From Candidatus Giovannonibacteria bacterium RIFCSPLOWO2_02_FULL_43_54 (GTDB lineage Bacteria; Patescibacteriota; Minisyncoccia; UBA11713; 2-01-FULL-45-33), in assembly GCA_001778875.1 (NCBI GenBank), contig MFIK01000010.1, positions 4,936-48,633 on the forward strand: 43,698 bases of DNA, read 5' to 3'. A model generated the notes under the pieces. The model saw nothing but the letters and a program-made list of their open reading frames with translations. It ran no database searches and was not told the DNA's origin. A program made the position numbers and the translations under genes. This document shows, piece after piece, positions 42,978-43,698 of the stretch (its first letter is position 1; each line of letters starts with the position of its first letter).

Positions 42978-43698
42978 ATGTGGAATTGGAAAAAGCTCGG
43001 ATTGTTTATCGGAGCCACCGCGTTGCTCGGTGCGGTTTTTTTCGTCGGATTATACACAGGTCTGCGGCTTCCTGCGGAAAATAAAATATCCAAGGTGCTC
43101 TCGCAAAATCCTCCGGCACCGCTTCCGGACGAAGTTGACTTTGCCGCCTTCTGGCAGGCGTGGTCAATCGCCGAGCAAAAATTCGTAGATATCGATAAGA
43201 TAGAAAGGCAGGATATGGTCTATGGTGCCATTTCAGGATTGCTAAAGTCCATGGACGATCCATACACAGTATTTTTCACGCCAGAAGATAACAAGGCATT
43301 CCAGGAAGAGATCAAAGGAGAATTTCAGGGAGTTGGGATGGAAGTCGGCATAAGAAAAGAAATTCTAACAGTTATCGCGCCGCTGAAAGGATCGCCGGCG
43401 GAGCGCGCCGGAATCCGCGCTGGAGATAAGATATTAAAGATAGATGATAAATCTTCTGCAGACCTTACGCTGGAAGAAGCGGTAAGGACGATACGCGGAG
43501 AGAAGGGAACAAAAGTAAAACTTGTAATTATCAGGAACGGCGAAGACGACAGCAGGACTTTCGAGATCGAACGCGCGGTCATAAATATTCCGGTACTCGA
43601 CACGGATAACAACGCATCGTCCAAGATCTCCAAAGAAAACGGGAAACCGGTCGAAGAAACGGATGCCGAAAAAAACGGGATATTCGTCATTAAATTAT
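42978..43698 (+). CDS. ctpA: Carboxyl-terminal processing protease (S41, CtpA-like), partial
   Basis: MWNWKKLG... transmembrane segment, MDDPYTVF, FQGVGMEVG and PDZ segment SPAERAGIRAGD; runs off the window end and is absent from the ORF track. Confidence 0.9.
   Translation, partial: MWNWKKLGLFIGATALLGAVFFVGLYTGLRLPAENKISKVLSQNPPAPLPDEVDFAAFWQAWSIAEQKFVDIDKIERQDMVYGAISGLLKSMDDPYTVFFTPEDNKAFQEEIKGEFQGVGMEVGIRKEILTVIAPLKGSPAERAGIRAGDKILKIDDKSSADLTLEEAVRTIRGEKGTKVKLVIIRNGEDDSRTFEIERAVINIPVLDTDNNASSKISKENGKPVEETDAEKNGIFVIKL

Overview
Chromosomal window of a small-genome bacterium, most likely Patescibacteria/CPR (Parcubacteria-like). This is inferred from the short ProRS, the TrmB-like regulator, the many apparently leaderless genes and the palindromes inserted in coding sequences. 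TGA is used as a stop codon (code 11). In order, the window holds: a TreT-like glycosyltransferase and a subtilase; a complete NAD salvage cluster (Nudix, nadD, prs, pncB, pncA, GNAT, nrtR, Gln-dependent nadE, nadK) with two candidate NrtR operators; a membrane glycosyltransferase and rseP; a REP-associated tyrosine transposase with its own REP palindromes; proS-mreBCD-pbp2-greA-lysS; mraZ-rsmH-ftsL-ftsI-murF; a TrmB-like regulator; tRNA-Glu; rmuC, an M13 peptidase, rplU, recR, dnaB, a CaCA antiporter, cysS, corA and a partial ctpA. The most unusual part is 28.4-31.95 kb. A near-consensus promoter next to a palindromic operator candidate leads into an array of small Shine-Dalgarno-led orphan ORFs alternating with four structured non-coding modules. 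Each module ends in the same two-hairpin element with conserved ends (CTTCCATCAAAG...ATTTTGAYGGGAG) and a variable interior, and two are followed by a boxA-like motif. A second theme is several families of short palindromes inserted in frame into conserved genes (cysS, recR, nadE, nrtR), some nested inside each other. All structures were paired by eye and family calls rest on motif recognition; no searches or folding were run.
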